Source: Coniocarpon cinnabarinum (Eukaryota). Taken from it: a stretch of 64,000 bases of DNA. The notes below the pieces were generated by a model, which had not been told where the DNA came from, did no database searches, and worked only from the letters and a program-made list of their open reading frames with translations. How positions within the stretch are numbered: position 1 is the stretch's first letter; every line of letters begins with the position of its first letter. The stretch lies in contig JAVECO010000076.1 in assembly GCA_051942205.1 (NCBI GenBank), positions 1-64,000 on the forward strand. Reading direction: 5' to 3'. Positions 11,529 to 23,599 of the stretch are shown here, piece by piece. The position numbers and the translations under genes are program-made.

Positions 11529-12761
11529 AGATGTAAGCGCAAGCGATAGCACGCAGAGCGCATGTCTGGATGGGACGAAGGGCTGTCCTGGGACGTCTGG
11601 CTCGAATACGGCTTGTGTTCGTGTTTGCGCGCTTCAAAGACCTCTTCTTTGCTGAGGTAGGTAGGAGCGAACGCCTTTTTTTTGGGCCCAGCTTCGCATC
11701 TGAGATTAAATCAAAAGATGCTTTGAGAGGTACTGAAGCCTAAGCTACTAACTAATGTAATGTTTCCGTTAATGCGCCGCTCTTTTCCTCCACGTGAAGA
11801 TGCACAATTCTAGCAAAGATATATTTCGTGCTACCCTGAGGCGATTTGACTGCGACTTTTGCGAGAGCAAGTCTGGTATAATAAAGAGTCGAACGAGTAA
11901 TGGATAGACATGCTGTAAGAGCACCAATCTTTCGGTTATGATAGGTTGCTGCAATCGCCGTGCTACGAAGGGCAGTGACGGCAAGACCATGAGACGATGC
12001 GAAGTGTCTCTGTCGTCATGGCATTTTTTAGCTCGCAGGCGTAGCACATGCGAATTTTTAATTTATGGACTGAATATAGCCTTTTCAATCGTCCTCAGCG
12101 TAGTGCTGAGTCATGGCGAGCTGGAGACTTGTACGGAGCTGTGTGAGCAAATTCGTAACTCCAATGAGCGCCTTGAAAGTCCCGTTGTGTTTCTCGGAAA
12201 TTGGCTCTTGCGAGAGCTGTCAAGAGTCTGTGCAACGGCCATAAAGTGGCTAACAAAACGGGCACCCGTTGATGCTGCCGAAGACTTTCTTATCTTTCAA
12301 GCACGTGGGTAATTCTCCGGTCGAAAGTCCATGCCCCTTAATGTTTTCGTAAGACCCAACGCTCTATCCAGCAGTTCAACAGCAGTCTCGACTTTCCATG
12401 GCTGGATGACGATGGCGCCAAGGACGGATCTAGATTCCCCAAGATAGTGGAGTATGTTGAACATGACTGAAACATGCCTCTAGGAGGTTGAGCAAGATCT
12501 GGAGCTGCTTCATCTAACTCGATGTCCTCTAAACGACGCTACCGGGACCTCTTTTGATGCAGTGCTGGGACGCAAAAAGGCGCACTCGGTTGACCTGTCG
12601 ATGGTGCCACGCACTCCTCGAAGGGTGAAACTGGCGAATTTGGAAGTCAACTTCTTTTGTCAACTTCGCCATACTCGAGCACCAAGTTTGGCGTTGGCTG
12701 CTTGCGGACCGAAACCTCACGGCCACTGCAAGTGAATAGTAACATTTCATGATGAGTATGG

Positions 12762-14108
12762 CTAGCTTTGAGAGTGCTGCAAGCCCCACTTCACTGCCTC
12801 TGAGACATCTTTGACGATTGCTGTAGGTTTCACAGCTGGTTCACCTCCAGTGTAAACGCCACTCTCGACCAGCAAGCCATGCCAATTCACACCTCCCCGA
12901 CTTTGAAAACCCATGGCGCCTCGAATGTCAGACTCCGGATTGTCTCCAATCATGTAAACGTTGCTGAGCGTCCTCTTCCCTTCATCGCGGGCCCCACCAA
13001 TGCGTCGCAGCCGCTTCTGAGCGTATTCGTACGTATCTTGACTAGGCTTGCCGAAAGCACGCTTTTCCAGCTTCGAGCCCTTGGTAATCTCATTCCAAAC
13101 TCCTTCTAGGGCGGCGCGAAACGCCCCTTGACCGAGCCGAGCCAAGTTGTAGTCCGCAGAAAACCATAAGTCCAGATTTGAGAAGATTAGAGGAGGCTGT
13201 CCATCCTGTTGGTATCCATTGTTTGGTAACTCAGACAAGCCATTTTTGCCAGATAGAGTGCCTACATAGCCCCTGTGAGATAGCAGAAGATCAACAATGA
13301 TAGCCATGTCCAGTCCCCAGTCTCGAGGGTCATTGTACACAAAGATTGAATCGATCTTCAAGCTCCTAGACAAGTTTCGAGGATCTATAGGTGGTAATGG
13401 AACAGGGCACCGCTGCTGCTCATGGTAGAAGTTCAGCGACCGCGAGAAAGGCCATATCGCAGGGTTTTGTTTGAATATGTCGCTCGGAACGATTGCATCC
13501 CTAAAGCCATATCTGTACACAGTGCTTTAGCAACATGTCCCGGAGGTACAAGTTGACGTTCATACTTTCGAGCGACGTCGCGAGCTTTATCGCCCTCTCC
13601 GCCGACGATCAAAACCTTGCCAGTCTTGTGCTCCTCCAAGTCTTGAAAGGGTGTGTGGCTTTGCAAGACTTGATCGGAATCTATCTGAACGTCCAGGATT
13701 GTCGTGAGATTCGCAGCTCTTTCTTCCTCATGATGACCCCCGCCATTGGTGAGCAGCAGGAATGGAACGCCTTGTTGGCGCAAGCTCGTGAGTGTCTCTT
13801 TGGCTTGTGGTAGTGGAGAGTTTCCGCGGACGAGGACACCGTCAATACTGCCTCTGTGTCAGCATCCATCACGCCAGCAAGGAGCGTAAGGCGCACTCGA
13901 ATACAAACGCAAGGCCACCAGACGTTGCGCGAGGCGAAGTCTTCAAGCTTCGCAACTGCCCGCATTGCGTCAATGCGCTCTGCTGCGGACTTGTAGCTTG
14001 GATTCGACCAAGCGCGTGAGATGGTCGTAATTTGCAGATGTGACCAAAGCTACCAGCATGCTCTTGTAAGCACAGTCTTGGCCACGAAGCCATCGACCCG
14101 CGTGACAT
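12762..14108 (-). CDS. HAD-superfamily class IIA hydrolase, CECR5/HDHD5-like (probably mitochondrial)
   Basis: AFVFD|IDGVL after splicing intron 13896-13848; LLTNGGG, DPRDW, FGKP, YMIGDNPESDIRGA. Second intron ~13515-13563. Arg/Ser-rich N-terminus; start codon uncertain. Confidence 0.9.
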
Positions 14109-14512
14109 CTGGGCACACTATCACAACAAACAAAATACAGATATACAGGTACGCAAAGCAAGACTTGCGCCAGATGTTCAAGGAGGAAAAGTGGCCGAAG
14201 ATGAGGTGATGTGATGGTTTCAAATGCCTTGTGACTTCTCGTCACAGAAGCCACCATATCTATTCTAACACAGATATCTAATTAAGTTCCGACTTGGAAA
14301 TATACATGGTCTTGCCTGCGCATATTGTGAAGACGTTGCAGCACGGCGCAGCCTGCCTCTCCCCTACTCCCTTGATCATTGATGTCGTGATCCCCAATAA
14401 TTCGCAAACAGCCATGTAACGCCAACGCTATGCAAAACGAACCTGAACATTTCAGCAAGAGGAAGAGCTCAAATCCCAGCGAAGGCAGAGAAGAAGACAT
14501 CCTGACTGAGAC

Positions 14513-17500
14513 TTAGATAGGAGAGAAACTGGCTTTCGTGTCGACGCAGGAGAAAAGATTGATGTGTGTATCATTGAGCGCGGCACAGGCCAGCATCATT
14601 CGATGTGGGTGGAAGGATGTCGCGGAAATGGGGGACGTTCGTGAATGCTGCATAAAGCTTGCATATGGATGGAGCGACGAAAGCGGAGCGCCCCGCATGC
14701 TGTGGACCTTGATGCTGTGGCGTTCGGTGCCGGTGGCGAAGACAGGAGCGTGCTCGTGGACGCTCAGGCTTCGTAGCGTGTCCTTTGTAGCCTGCATCGT
14801 ATGGATCGACTTGTTCTGTCGGATGTCCCATAACTTCACTTCCCCGTTCCGTGAGCCGCTTACAAGCTCCCGCCGACCGCCTCGTTGCATGTGGACATTT
14901 GTGATCCATTGATTGTGCTCTTTCCACTGCGCAACGCGAGAGGTTGCATTTGGTTCGCGCTGATCGTAGACTCGGACCGCACCATCCCCGAATCCTGCCA
15001 CAAACACATTTGCTTCGACTTGATCCGACGTCAAAGACGTCACGCATGAGCCCGATCGAGCGGGAATGTCGCGCACACAAGTTTCTGTTTCCGCGCTCCA
15101 GAGCCGAATGACTTTTGCATCGCCTGCGACCAACGTCGAACCTCGGCCTTGTAGCCATTCGAAGATCAGACCAGCGTTATGCGTGCTGGGGACGAGGTCC
15201 GTAAGTGCGCGAAAAGACGCCGTCATAAAAACGTTCTCCTGCTCGTCATAGTGCCTGAACAGCTTCACAACACCATCTGAGGAACCTGTCATCAGAATCG
15301 CGTAATCGTCTTCGTTCACGAAGCGAAGACCTGTGATTCTGCTCCCCGGAGGATTGGCATTTCGAAATTTCGTCATGAGCCTTGGAGACTTCCAGTCCCA
15401 TACACGCACGTTGTCGCGATCATCTGTCACGGCCAGGTGATTATCATATTGGTGAAAGCACAGCTGAATCGGTTGAACGCCGTTGTCGAAAACACCTGAA
15501 TTCTCGTCCCAGCGACTGCTACCGGCCTGCTCCTTAAGCTTCTGGGTTGTCTCTAGAATATGCTCATTGCGATTCCGCCGCCACAGTCGTGTGTTGTATT
15601 CGACACTGCCAGGCTCGTCAGCTTCGCTGCCTTTCATCTGTGGCTCTCGGAAATACTCCGTGGAGAAGTCAAAGAACGTGCTTGTTAGAGGAAGGTTGCT
15701 CTTGCGAGTCTTCGTCCTCGGTTTGTAATATTTCGGCAGCGGGAAGCGTGCTTTATCTTGTGTGTTGGAGAGAGGCGGGAGTCGCTGGTCCTGGGATTCC
15801 ATAGGCGTAGGTGGACCGAAGCTTTGCCCTAAATCGGTCTTGCTAAGGCGTAATGAAGGTGGCCTTGAAGGCGTAGGGGTCCCGCCAGGCCCAAAGGCCA
15901 AGCTCTTCAACGAAGCCGCAACACTTGCGGTTCGCCTGAGGCCCAGTGAGAAATAGCCGTCGCCCTTCTCAGATGCAGGACTCAACGGGGTGGTGCTCGT
16001 GATTGAAGGAGGTCGTTGATTCTCTGAGACAGGCTGCGGGTTGATACGGGAATCCTGGTGAACATCAAGCAATTGTGTCATGACTGATTGGGCATACGCA
16101 CCAAGTGGGGAACGAGTAAGATTTTGCATGACCACATCAACGACGATCTGAGCGTCTCTGGCAACTTCAGGATCTGGATCGACTGACATGATGAGAAGCA
16201 ACTTCCATACTGCAGCGTAAATCGAGCTCGTCGAAAAGCTTTGCGACTCTTCGTCAGACTCGAAGCTCACAGAAGTAATGGAGGTCGACCGACTGTCCAT
16301 CCGAGACGGTGAGGCTGAAGCTTCGTCAGACATTTCCTCGTACGCAGAGACGACAAATTTGCTTAAGTGTCGGGCAGCAAAGGTAGAGAAGAACACCACA
16401 AGTTCTTTGCGCACTATGTTGCTGCCATCATTGCCCATTACGAGCACGTTTGCCGCTATGCTTTCTTCGATCATGATCACTTCATCAGTGATATCTGGGA
16501 TCCCGAGAAAGTCTGTAAGTGCATGAATCGCCGCAGTTCGCACTTCAGGGACGGGGTCCTGTATTGACTTGCACAGTTTGACATGTGTCTGGTTTTGCAC
16601 GCCAACCCATTTGGCTTCGGGAAATGCTTTCCAAAGCATGCTTAGACAGAGACAACACCATTGTCGGAGTCCTGGATGATCATTTTGGGCAAAGTCTATT
16701 TGGGATATGCAGATCTGTACCAGTTCGGGACTGAGCGCAGCCCGCTGTCCCTTGATGTAATCTTTGCAGAACATCGCGACAATGAAAGCACACATCATTC
16801 GATGGTCGCCAACAATCTTGACCGGGAGTTTGTGTGCGGGGTTGAGTATGCTTATGAAGTACTGATAACCATTGTCCTTGATGAGATCCTCTTGACATGA
16901 CTGCTCGACGGCCAAGATTCTCGCCCAGATGAACACCATCACAGGTTTGAGCTCATTAGCCTGCGACTGAAGTAGCTTCAGTACGTAGGGGAAAATGCCT
17001 ATTCCAAGCGCAAGCTTAACAGCCCACGGACCGAGATCGAGAAACCGGCTGAGCAATATCAAGGCTCTGATGCGATGATTTTGACTCAGTAAGACTTGAA
17101 GGAGAATTGGAAGCTGTTGGGGTTCTTGATGCTCATTGGCGCCTTGATCTAGATACACCTCGAAAGCAGTAAGGTGATCGGCAAAAAAATCCGAGCTCTG
17201 ATATTCCGGTGTTGTGTTTGTTGCTTGGGCAAGCTTAAAGGCTGGGACCTGTGAAAGCACTAGTTCAACTGCGAGATCCCAGCTGTCCCACAGCGGATGC
17301 TCGTGGCAATCCGGAATGTCAGGATAACACTGGGGCCGACATCCATATCTTCGCATGATGCGTTGAGCCAAGAGGAAGTTTCGGAAGAGAGCGGCAACCA
17401 TCAAATCTTGGCGAAACAGCTTCTTAAAGAGGTGCTTGGGGAGTGAGTTCCAAGCAATGGTGTCCGTGATCGCAGTAAAGATCCAATTGAGTTCACCTAT

Positions 17501-18721
17501 GGGCGTTCTTCGCTCCGACGTCTTGCCCGGGACGGCTTTGGCGTCTTCCTGACTTTGCTCACTTGTCAAAGGGTTCTGAAGGATGAAGATACGCAGTGCC
17601 ATTTCGATAGGAGTCGTTAAGCAGGATGTGAACAGATCTGCCGGAAGCTCAGGATTAATGGGCAAGGTTTCTCCCGAGCGGCAAGCAGCTAGATGGATGC
17701 AGTCCGCGTAACTCTGAACTGGCGCATGAGGGTCATGCCGAAGGGCGTCTGCATTATCCTGCTCATGCTTCTCAATGAACTTGTTGAAATTCTGCACAAC
17801 GACGCCCGAGTCGGTTGCATCCCAAACGAACAAGCTCGGCGCACCTAACCATGCTTGCAAGTCATATAGCGAGATAGGTATGTACTGAGTGTATGACTTA
17901 TTGAACACCCATATTTCGCCTGAGTCTGTGGGTTTCGGGACCCCATGCCCGTTGTAGTGGAAGAGAATACGCTCATCTTTTGCGGCGCGTCGCAGCGTTG
18001 TGCTGTACTTCTTCATCTCTTCATGTGTGGGATCTGGTAAGAACCTGTATTTCGTGCGGAGACTGATCGTCTCATACTGCGCCTGAAGGTTCTTGCCCAT
18101 CTGAAGGATGATGCGTTGTGCTTGGTTACTAGGAAAGTGGTTGGCAGAGTTAGGGTCGGTCCAGCATTCCAGGCGAGCACAGGGATTCGTTTTGATGACG
18201 TCTGGAGGATCCACGCCGATATTCAAACAGAGTGCAAGAATGGCCGTCACCGTCTTCAGTCTGTCACGCATGCGCCATTCTTCTGTGTTGATGTGGACCT
18301 GGCCATGAGAAGGATTGCCCCCCGTCTCGTGTCTCTTCTGGTCGTAGTAATAGAAGTACGAGGACGAGAGCTCGCGCAATTGGTCGGCGTTAAGGTCCCA
18401 GCCATGCCGCATTTGCCAGTCAATTTCCTTGCCGAGCCCTGTGCTACGCCGACTGCGACTGCGACCACCGTGGCCCTTGCCTTCGCTGGGGAGCTGACGG
18501 GCCTCTCCCGAATTGTAGGCGCTCTGGGATCTGAGCAGACTGGGCCGCCCTGATGATCCAGTGGGCGTTCTTTCACGTGGGGTATCGACTTTGACGTAAC
18601 TGCTTGTTGAAGCGCACGAATTGGTGCGACCTGAAGACAAGTCATTGGCAGGGAGTGTGCTGCTTCTCTGGTGCTGGTGTGGAAGTGGTTGTAGGATCGG
18701 CGAGGCCACCTCAGTCGCCAT
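14513..18721 (-). CDS. KOG1: TORC1 subunit raptor (Kog1/Mip1), 1402 aa, single exon
   Basis: RNC domain (LCLNIGVDPPDVIK, ERILFHYNGHGVPKPT, LPADLFTSCLTTPIEMAL), HEAT region (QVLLSQNHRIRALILL) and C-terminal WD40 repeats. Confidence 0.98.
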   Translation of the reverse strand: MATEVASPILQPLPHQHQRSSTLPANDLSSGRTNSCASTSSYVKVDTPRERTPTGSSGRPSLLRSQSAYNSGEARQLPSEGKGHGGRSRSRRSTGLGKEIDWQMRHGWDLNADQLRELSSSYFYYYDQKRHETGGNPSHGQVHINTEEWRMRDRLKTVTAILALCLNIGVDPPDVIKTNPCARLECWTDPNSANHFPSNQAQRIILQMGKNLQAQYETISLRTKYRFLPDPTHEEMKKYSTTLRRAAKDERILFHYNGHGVPKPTDSGEIWVFNKSYTQYIPISLYDLQAWLGAPSLFVWDATDSGVVVQNFNKFIEKHEQDNADALRHDPHAPVQSYADCIHLAACRSGETLPINPELPADLFTSCLTTPIEMALRIFILQNPLTSEQSQEDAKAVPGKTSERRTPIGELNWIFTAITDTIAWNSLPKHLFKKLFRQDLMVAALFRNFLLAQRIMRRYGCRPQCYPDIPDCHEHPLWDSWDLAVELVLSQVPAFKLAQATNTTPEYQSSDFFADHLTAFEVYLDQGANEHQEPQQLPILLQVLLSQNHRIRALILLSRFLDLGPWAVKLALGIGIFPYVLKLLQSQANELKPVMVFIWARILAVEQSCQEDLIKDNGYQYFISILNPAHKLPVKIVGDHRMMCAFIVAMFCKDYIKGQRAALSPELVQICISQIDFAQNDHPGLRQWCCLCLSMLWKAFPEAKWVGVQNQTHVKLCKSIQDPVPEVRTAAIHALTDFLGIPDITDEVIMIEESIAANVLVMGNDGSNIVRKELVVFFSTFAARHLSKFVVSAYEEMSDEASASPSRMDSRSTSITSVSFESDEESQSFSTSSIYAAVWKLLLIMSVDPDPEVARDAQIVVDVVMQNLTRSPLGAYAQSVMTQLLDVHQDSRINPQPVSENQRPPSITSTTPLSPASEKGDGYFSLGLRRTASVAASLKSLAFGPGGTPTPSRPPSLRLSKTDLGQSFGPPTPMESQDQRLPPLSNTQDKARFPLPKYYKPRTKTRKSNLPLTSTFFDFSTEYFREPQMKGSEADEPGSVEYNTRLWRRNRNEHILETTQKLKEQAGSSRWDENSGVFDNGVQPIQLCFHQYDNHLAVTDDRDNVRVWDWKSPRLMTKFRNANPPGSRITGLRFVNEDDYAILMTGSSDGVVKLFRHYDEQENVFMTASFRALTDLVPSTHNAGLIFEWLQGRGSTLVAGDAKVIRLWSAETETCVRDIPARSGSCVTSLTSDQVEANVFVAGFGDGAVRVYDQREPNATSRVAQWKEHNQWITNVHMQRGGRRELVSGSRNGEVKLWDIRQNKSIHTMQATKDTLRSLSVHEHAPVFATGTERHSIKVHSMRGAPLSSLHPYASFMQHSRTSPISATSFHPHRMMLACAALNDTHINLFSCVDTKASFSPI

Positions 18722-19649
18722 GCCATCAGACGATGCCGAGACAGGACGAAAGTGTGATTCAAAGCCCTTGGTCAGGCAAGAGGGTGTAGCAGTGGTCGAA
18801 GAGCGACCAAGCCATGGAATGCGCTACAGGTTGCTGCACCCGCAGATCGCGACTTGCTTCTCAGACGTTGGTCGACACGACACAGCAGTGACTGGAAGCT
18901 ATGAACGCGCGGCGAGCATGGAGTGTCTTGTGACGAGGATGAAAGGCGTGTCGAGGGAAGCGGTTTTAGGGTTTGTGGAGGGGAAAGGAAGCAGCAGCGA
19001 GCTCTGACTACGCATTGGCCAATCCGGCTAGCCGAATCCAAGGCCGAGTCACGTGCATCGTCCCGTCTTGTGGACAGACGAGATGAATCTAAGCTCACAT
19101 CAACTTCCCTTGGATCTACTGGCGATCATCTACCTCTGTCAGATCATGCCTGTTTTACAGCTACTTATCAGTCGCATTGTGGTGCTATTTTGGTGACTCT
19201 CTCTATCCGTTCTTTTGCTGTGCATAGTCCCCACTCTGCATGATAGAAAGGAAACAGAAGGGGGCCGAGAGGGAACGGAGCTGCCGTCATAGAGATACAG
19301 ATGAGAACGAGGGCGACGCGCAAATCGGGAGAAGGAGTCGGTGGTGCGATACGATTGGATGTCTGACCATATCATTTCACTTCCAGGGACGTTGGCGAAA
19401 GACACCAAGCCTCACTAAATACAGGATCACGCTGCGGCAAGTGTCTCTGTCCATAACATTTGAGATGATCTGACATGAGCTGTGCGCACTGAGTCACGAG
19501 CTCTAGGTCTCAGTGTGGCCGTACGCGGCAACTTGGTCTCTTGCGTGCATTGCAGGTGTAACGATTGCCGCCACCATCAAAGAGGGACTTTTGTATACCT
19601 AGACCTCCTGAGCACATGCTGTTGTGGTGCTCCCACTGCAACCTACGCA

Positions 19650-21076
19650 TCACAACTCGCTCTTTTCATTACCGTATTTGGCCACCAAGCGCTCCATTAT
19701 TGCTAAATAAACCAGTGAGCATGGTCGTCTTTGCTTCGACCCAACTGGACAAGCGTCGCTTACAAACAGCCCCTGAACGATAGCCACCACCGAAGAGACT
19801 GTGGTGGTTGAGATGATGATAGAGCTCATACAAGGCGATGCGGTCGTCATACTCGGCAGCGGGCTCAGTTTTTGGACAGAGCTCGTGGTACTCATTGAAA
19901 AAGCTCGACCCGAACCCCCCAAACATCTTCATGAATGATTCATCAATAATTGGATCGCAGTTACTCGATGAAACAGCACTCACATTCATTATACCCAGGT
20001 CGAATTCAGAATGGGCGTAAGAGGCTGACGGATCGAAAACTATGTCTTCTACTTCTTTGCGGCCACCTATGCTTCCTCGCGCTGCATTACCTGCCCTTGT
20101 AGGATCTGTCAGTAGGTGTTGCTTCCTGTGCCCGGTCTTGAAGAGGGGTAATCATCACTGGGCGGCGACTGGAATCACAAGGTGAGAGCTCTTCCGCCGA
20201 AGCTCATGTGCCAAGGTGAAATTCACCCAAGACACAGACCTACCAAAGGTCTCCATGCACCACGACAGGAGTGACACCTTTCCCGCCATTGAGATGATCA
20301 TCGCCAATAAGTCTCGGGACTACTTTCTCAATGGTCCTAGTGATGAGACGATGAAGCTTGTCGTCTTTACCGTTGTTCTGTTCGCTTTGTCTCAAGATGA
20401 AGCGCAATCGGTTTTCGACCTGCAAGATTCATGTAAGCTGCTGCAGAATGTTATGGGACTTGGGGAAGAAGGAAAGGGAAGGGCAGCTTGGTCTCGTTCC
20501 CATACGTAAAATTCGGCCCAAGAGCTTTTATAATCATTGGGTTGTGGCGTGTCTCCACAGCAAGTCGTCGCTGGGCTTTACAAGTGAGTAGTCAGCATTT
20601 GCACGAGATTGTGCAAGTAACATGTGCTTCTGAACCACTAACAAGCCGAACATGGGCTTATCATGGCCCTCCGGAATAGGTGCTGTAGTCGTGTGCAGCT
20701 TTGCCATCTTCTGAGCCAAGGTCATGGTCCCACTTCCGGTACCACCAGCTCGTCTACCTGATATGTCAAGAAAATCGGTGACGAGGAAATATTTGCTCGA
20801 GGAATCTGCAAGTCTACCATGGCCATAAGATGCTGGACATAAGGATGAAACTGCGTTGTGCATTGCATTCAACGAGGCGTGCTCGCCTTTGAACATGATT
20901 TCGGCATCACTGCCAGAACCAATCTTCATAAAATAATTCCTGGAGCTTCCGTTGGGCGATGTTGATGCAATCTTGGAGGCTGAAGCCGAGCTCATGCCAC
21001 CCCCAACGTGGCTTACACTGGTGTTTGGACCATTGTCAAGAGCAAGCAACTTCGCCACAGCTGAGTCAAGCTTCAT
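19650..21076 (-). CDS. Fructosamine/ketosamine-3-kinase family protein
   Basis: MFKGEHASLNA, MFGF|PATTCCGDTPQ, PVVVHGDLW|AGN, FDPSASYAHSEFDLGIM and LYELYHHLNH. Several GT-AG introns; the last exon ends ..GNEKSEL*. Confidence 0.93.
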
Positions 21077-21714
21077 TGTGGACACGAGCGATTGCTTGAA
21101 GCCTCGAAGCATATGTTCACACGCCCCTCAGATTCAATGCCATCACACCAAGACGACCTCGTGTCCCATGACATCATAGTCACGTGTACTTGAACACTTT
21201 CTCGCCCAAGAAGAGGAACTTGACCGTAGATGTATTCAGACAACCTAACACTCGGAGCGCTTGCCGCCTTGGCAATGAGAACAGAGCCAGCCAAAATCCT
21301 CAAATGTCTCAGTTGATGCTGTTGAGGTCGCAATGGCAGTCGGCAAGCTACGACGGCCTTGCGGCAACTACGCCGATCTCAGCAAGACGCAGGGACTATC
21401 GTCCTGTCAAATGTAAGCCCTGCAAGCACGTGTCAAAATTTACCAACTGTAGAGCAAGAATGGCATTGCCGATCGAAATCTGAACGACGCTGCGGTTGCA
21501 TGATCCGAAATCCCATTTGCCCGTTGACGTTGATCCTCCTCTTTCGTGAGCTCGAGATCTGCTTGCATCCCTGCATCTACTATATAGTAGTTGGATGGTA
21601 CACCAAGTTGCAAGGCTTTCCTGACCCCGCCTCCTGTCAGGCCTCCTCAATAGTCTGTATTACTTACCTGTGGACAATCAAGAATCCTTGTTGCTCGTTC
21701 GCTCCAAGTAGAAA

Positions 21715-23599
21715 ATGCACCACGTATTAGTGACTGCAGCGCTCCTTACTACCGCAAGCGGCGCAGCTGTGCTACAGCCCCGCAAGTCAGCATCTCAGGC
21801 TGTCAACCAAACCCAATGTAATGGGAAGCAATATACGTATAACAGTCTTGCTGGCTACGGACTGCTTCCAAGTAATGCCACAGACAAGTCGGGTGACACC
21901 ATCGGCGGAATCGGCAGCTCGATAGCCATCGAGCGCAGCAGCTGGCACAAGACGTCGACAGGGTATTCCGGCACGCTTTACGCGATCCCGGATCGCGGCT
22001 GGAATACCGAAGGCACGTTGAACTACCAAAGTCGAGTTCACCAGTTCTCTCTCGATCTGACACCTGCGCCGAATGCGACGGTCGAGAACCCGGCCTCTTC
22101 AAACATTGCTATCAAGTATTTGGACACTGTGTTCTTCACGGGGCCTGACGGCCAGCCTACTAGTGGCATCGACGGCAACCCGGCAGGTCACTTGTCATAC
22201 CCATCATTCCCAGACCTTCCTCCAGGCAACTTCTCTGGGAATGGGTTCAATCCTGATGTTGGTGAAGGTGGAGAGCGTGTCGTGAATGATCTTGAAGGCT
22301 TAGTCGTCATGGATGACGGATCGTACTGGGCCAGTGACGAATACGCGCCCTACATCTACCACTTCGACGCCACTGGTCAAATGATGTAGGTTGATCCTAA
22401 GGTGACTGCCCTGGGAAAGTTGCATGCTGATGTACACGCTTTGAAAGCCAAGCGATCCGACCTCCAGACGCCATTATCCCCATGCGAAATGGAAGCGAAA
22501 GCTTTTCTGCAGACTCTCCACCTGAATATGCTCCTGATGATGAGGACGACGATGTGAGTAGTGAAGCGGCGTGTTGTTGGTGTAACACTTGAGCTTCTAT
22601 TTACTGACTCGCTCCAATCAGGTGGTTCCCGATGATCCGGATACCGGTCGAGTGAACAATCACGGTCTCGAAGGACTGACTCGGTCCCCGGACGGACGAT
22701 TCCTTTACGCACTCATGCAAGGCGCTCTAACACAGGAGGGCGGGGACGACGACGACACGGAACGTCACGTGCGGCTGTTGAAGTATGATCTGTCCGCCTC
22801 GCCGCCATCATACTGTGCAGAACGTAAGTTGATCTTGTACTAAGTCGGAGGCTGCGTTCCTCACAGAACCCAAGTTTATCTCGACGAGTCCAGCGGATTT
22901 AACTATACCAGTGCTTACCCTGACATCAAGATCAAGTTCTTGCTAACGACCTGAAACACCAGACGTGGTTCCGCTCCCACTATATCAAAATGACGACGAC
23001 GAAACCAACACGGCCCTTCAATCAGAGATCCAATACATCAGCGATACGCAATTCCTAGTTCTAGCTCGCGATAACAATGCAGGCCATGGGCAAGACGTGA
23101 GCATGTCAGTCTACCGCCACGCGGATGTGAGTAGCAAGGTGAACACTGGCGCAGCATGATTAGCTGACTCCCTGAACCCTAGGTCTTTGACATTTCCTCA
23201 GCCACTAACATCGCAGGCCCCACATACGACTGCGCGAACTGTTTTGTCGCCTCATCGGACGGCGTCTTGAATCCTGCGATCACGCCCGCCACATACTGCA
23301 GCTTCCTCGACTACAACGTCAACGCGCAACTGAACCGTTTCGGCGTCCACAATGGCGGTGCCCAGGATCAAGGGCTGTTGAACGAGAAATGGGAGTCTCT
23401 GGCACTTGTGCCGGTGGATGGTGCGAATGGTGATGACGGGCAGTGGTTCTTGTTCAGCCTTTCTGACAATGACTTCATTACTCAGGATGGCCATTTGAAT
23501 GGGGGCCAATTTGACTATCGAGATCCTTCGGGCTTCAACTTGGATAACCAGATCTTGGCATTTCAGATCGAGCTGCCGAGTGGAAGTTCGCCAAGTTGA
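21715..23599 (+). CDS. Secreted 'esterase-like activity of phytase' (phytase-like beta-propeller) protein
   Basis: Signal peptide; GGIGSSIA, PDRGWN, DLEGL, WASDEYAPYIY, NNHGLEGLT, QSEI, NEKWESLAL, SDNDFITQ. Introns 22386-22447, 22555-22621, 22824-22962 and 23127-23182. Confidence 0.88.

Noticed and set aside
12312..12475. Protein-like minus-strand frame (MFNILHYLG..AVELLDRALGLTKTL)
   Set aside because: Only ~55 codons, and it could not be extended into a spliced model or matched to a family.
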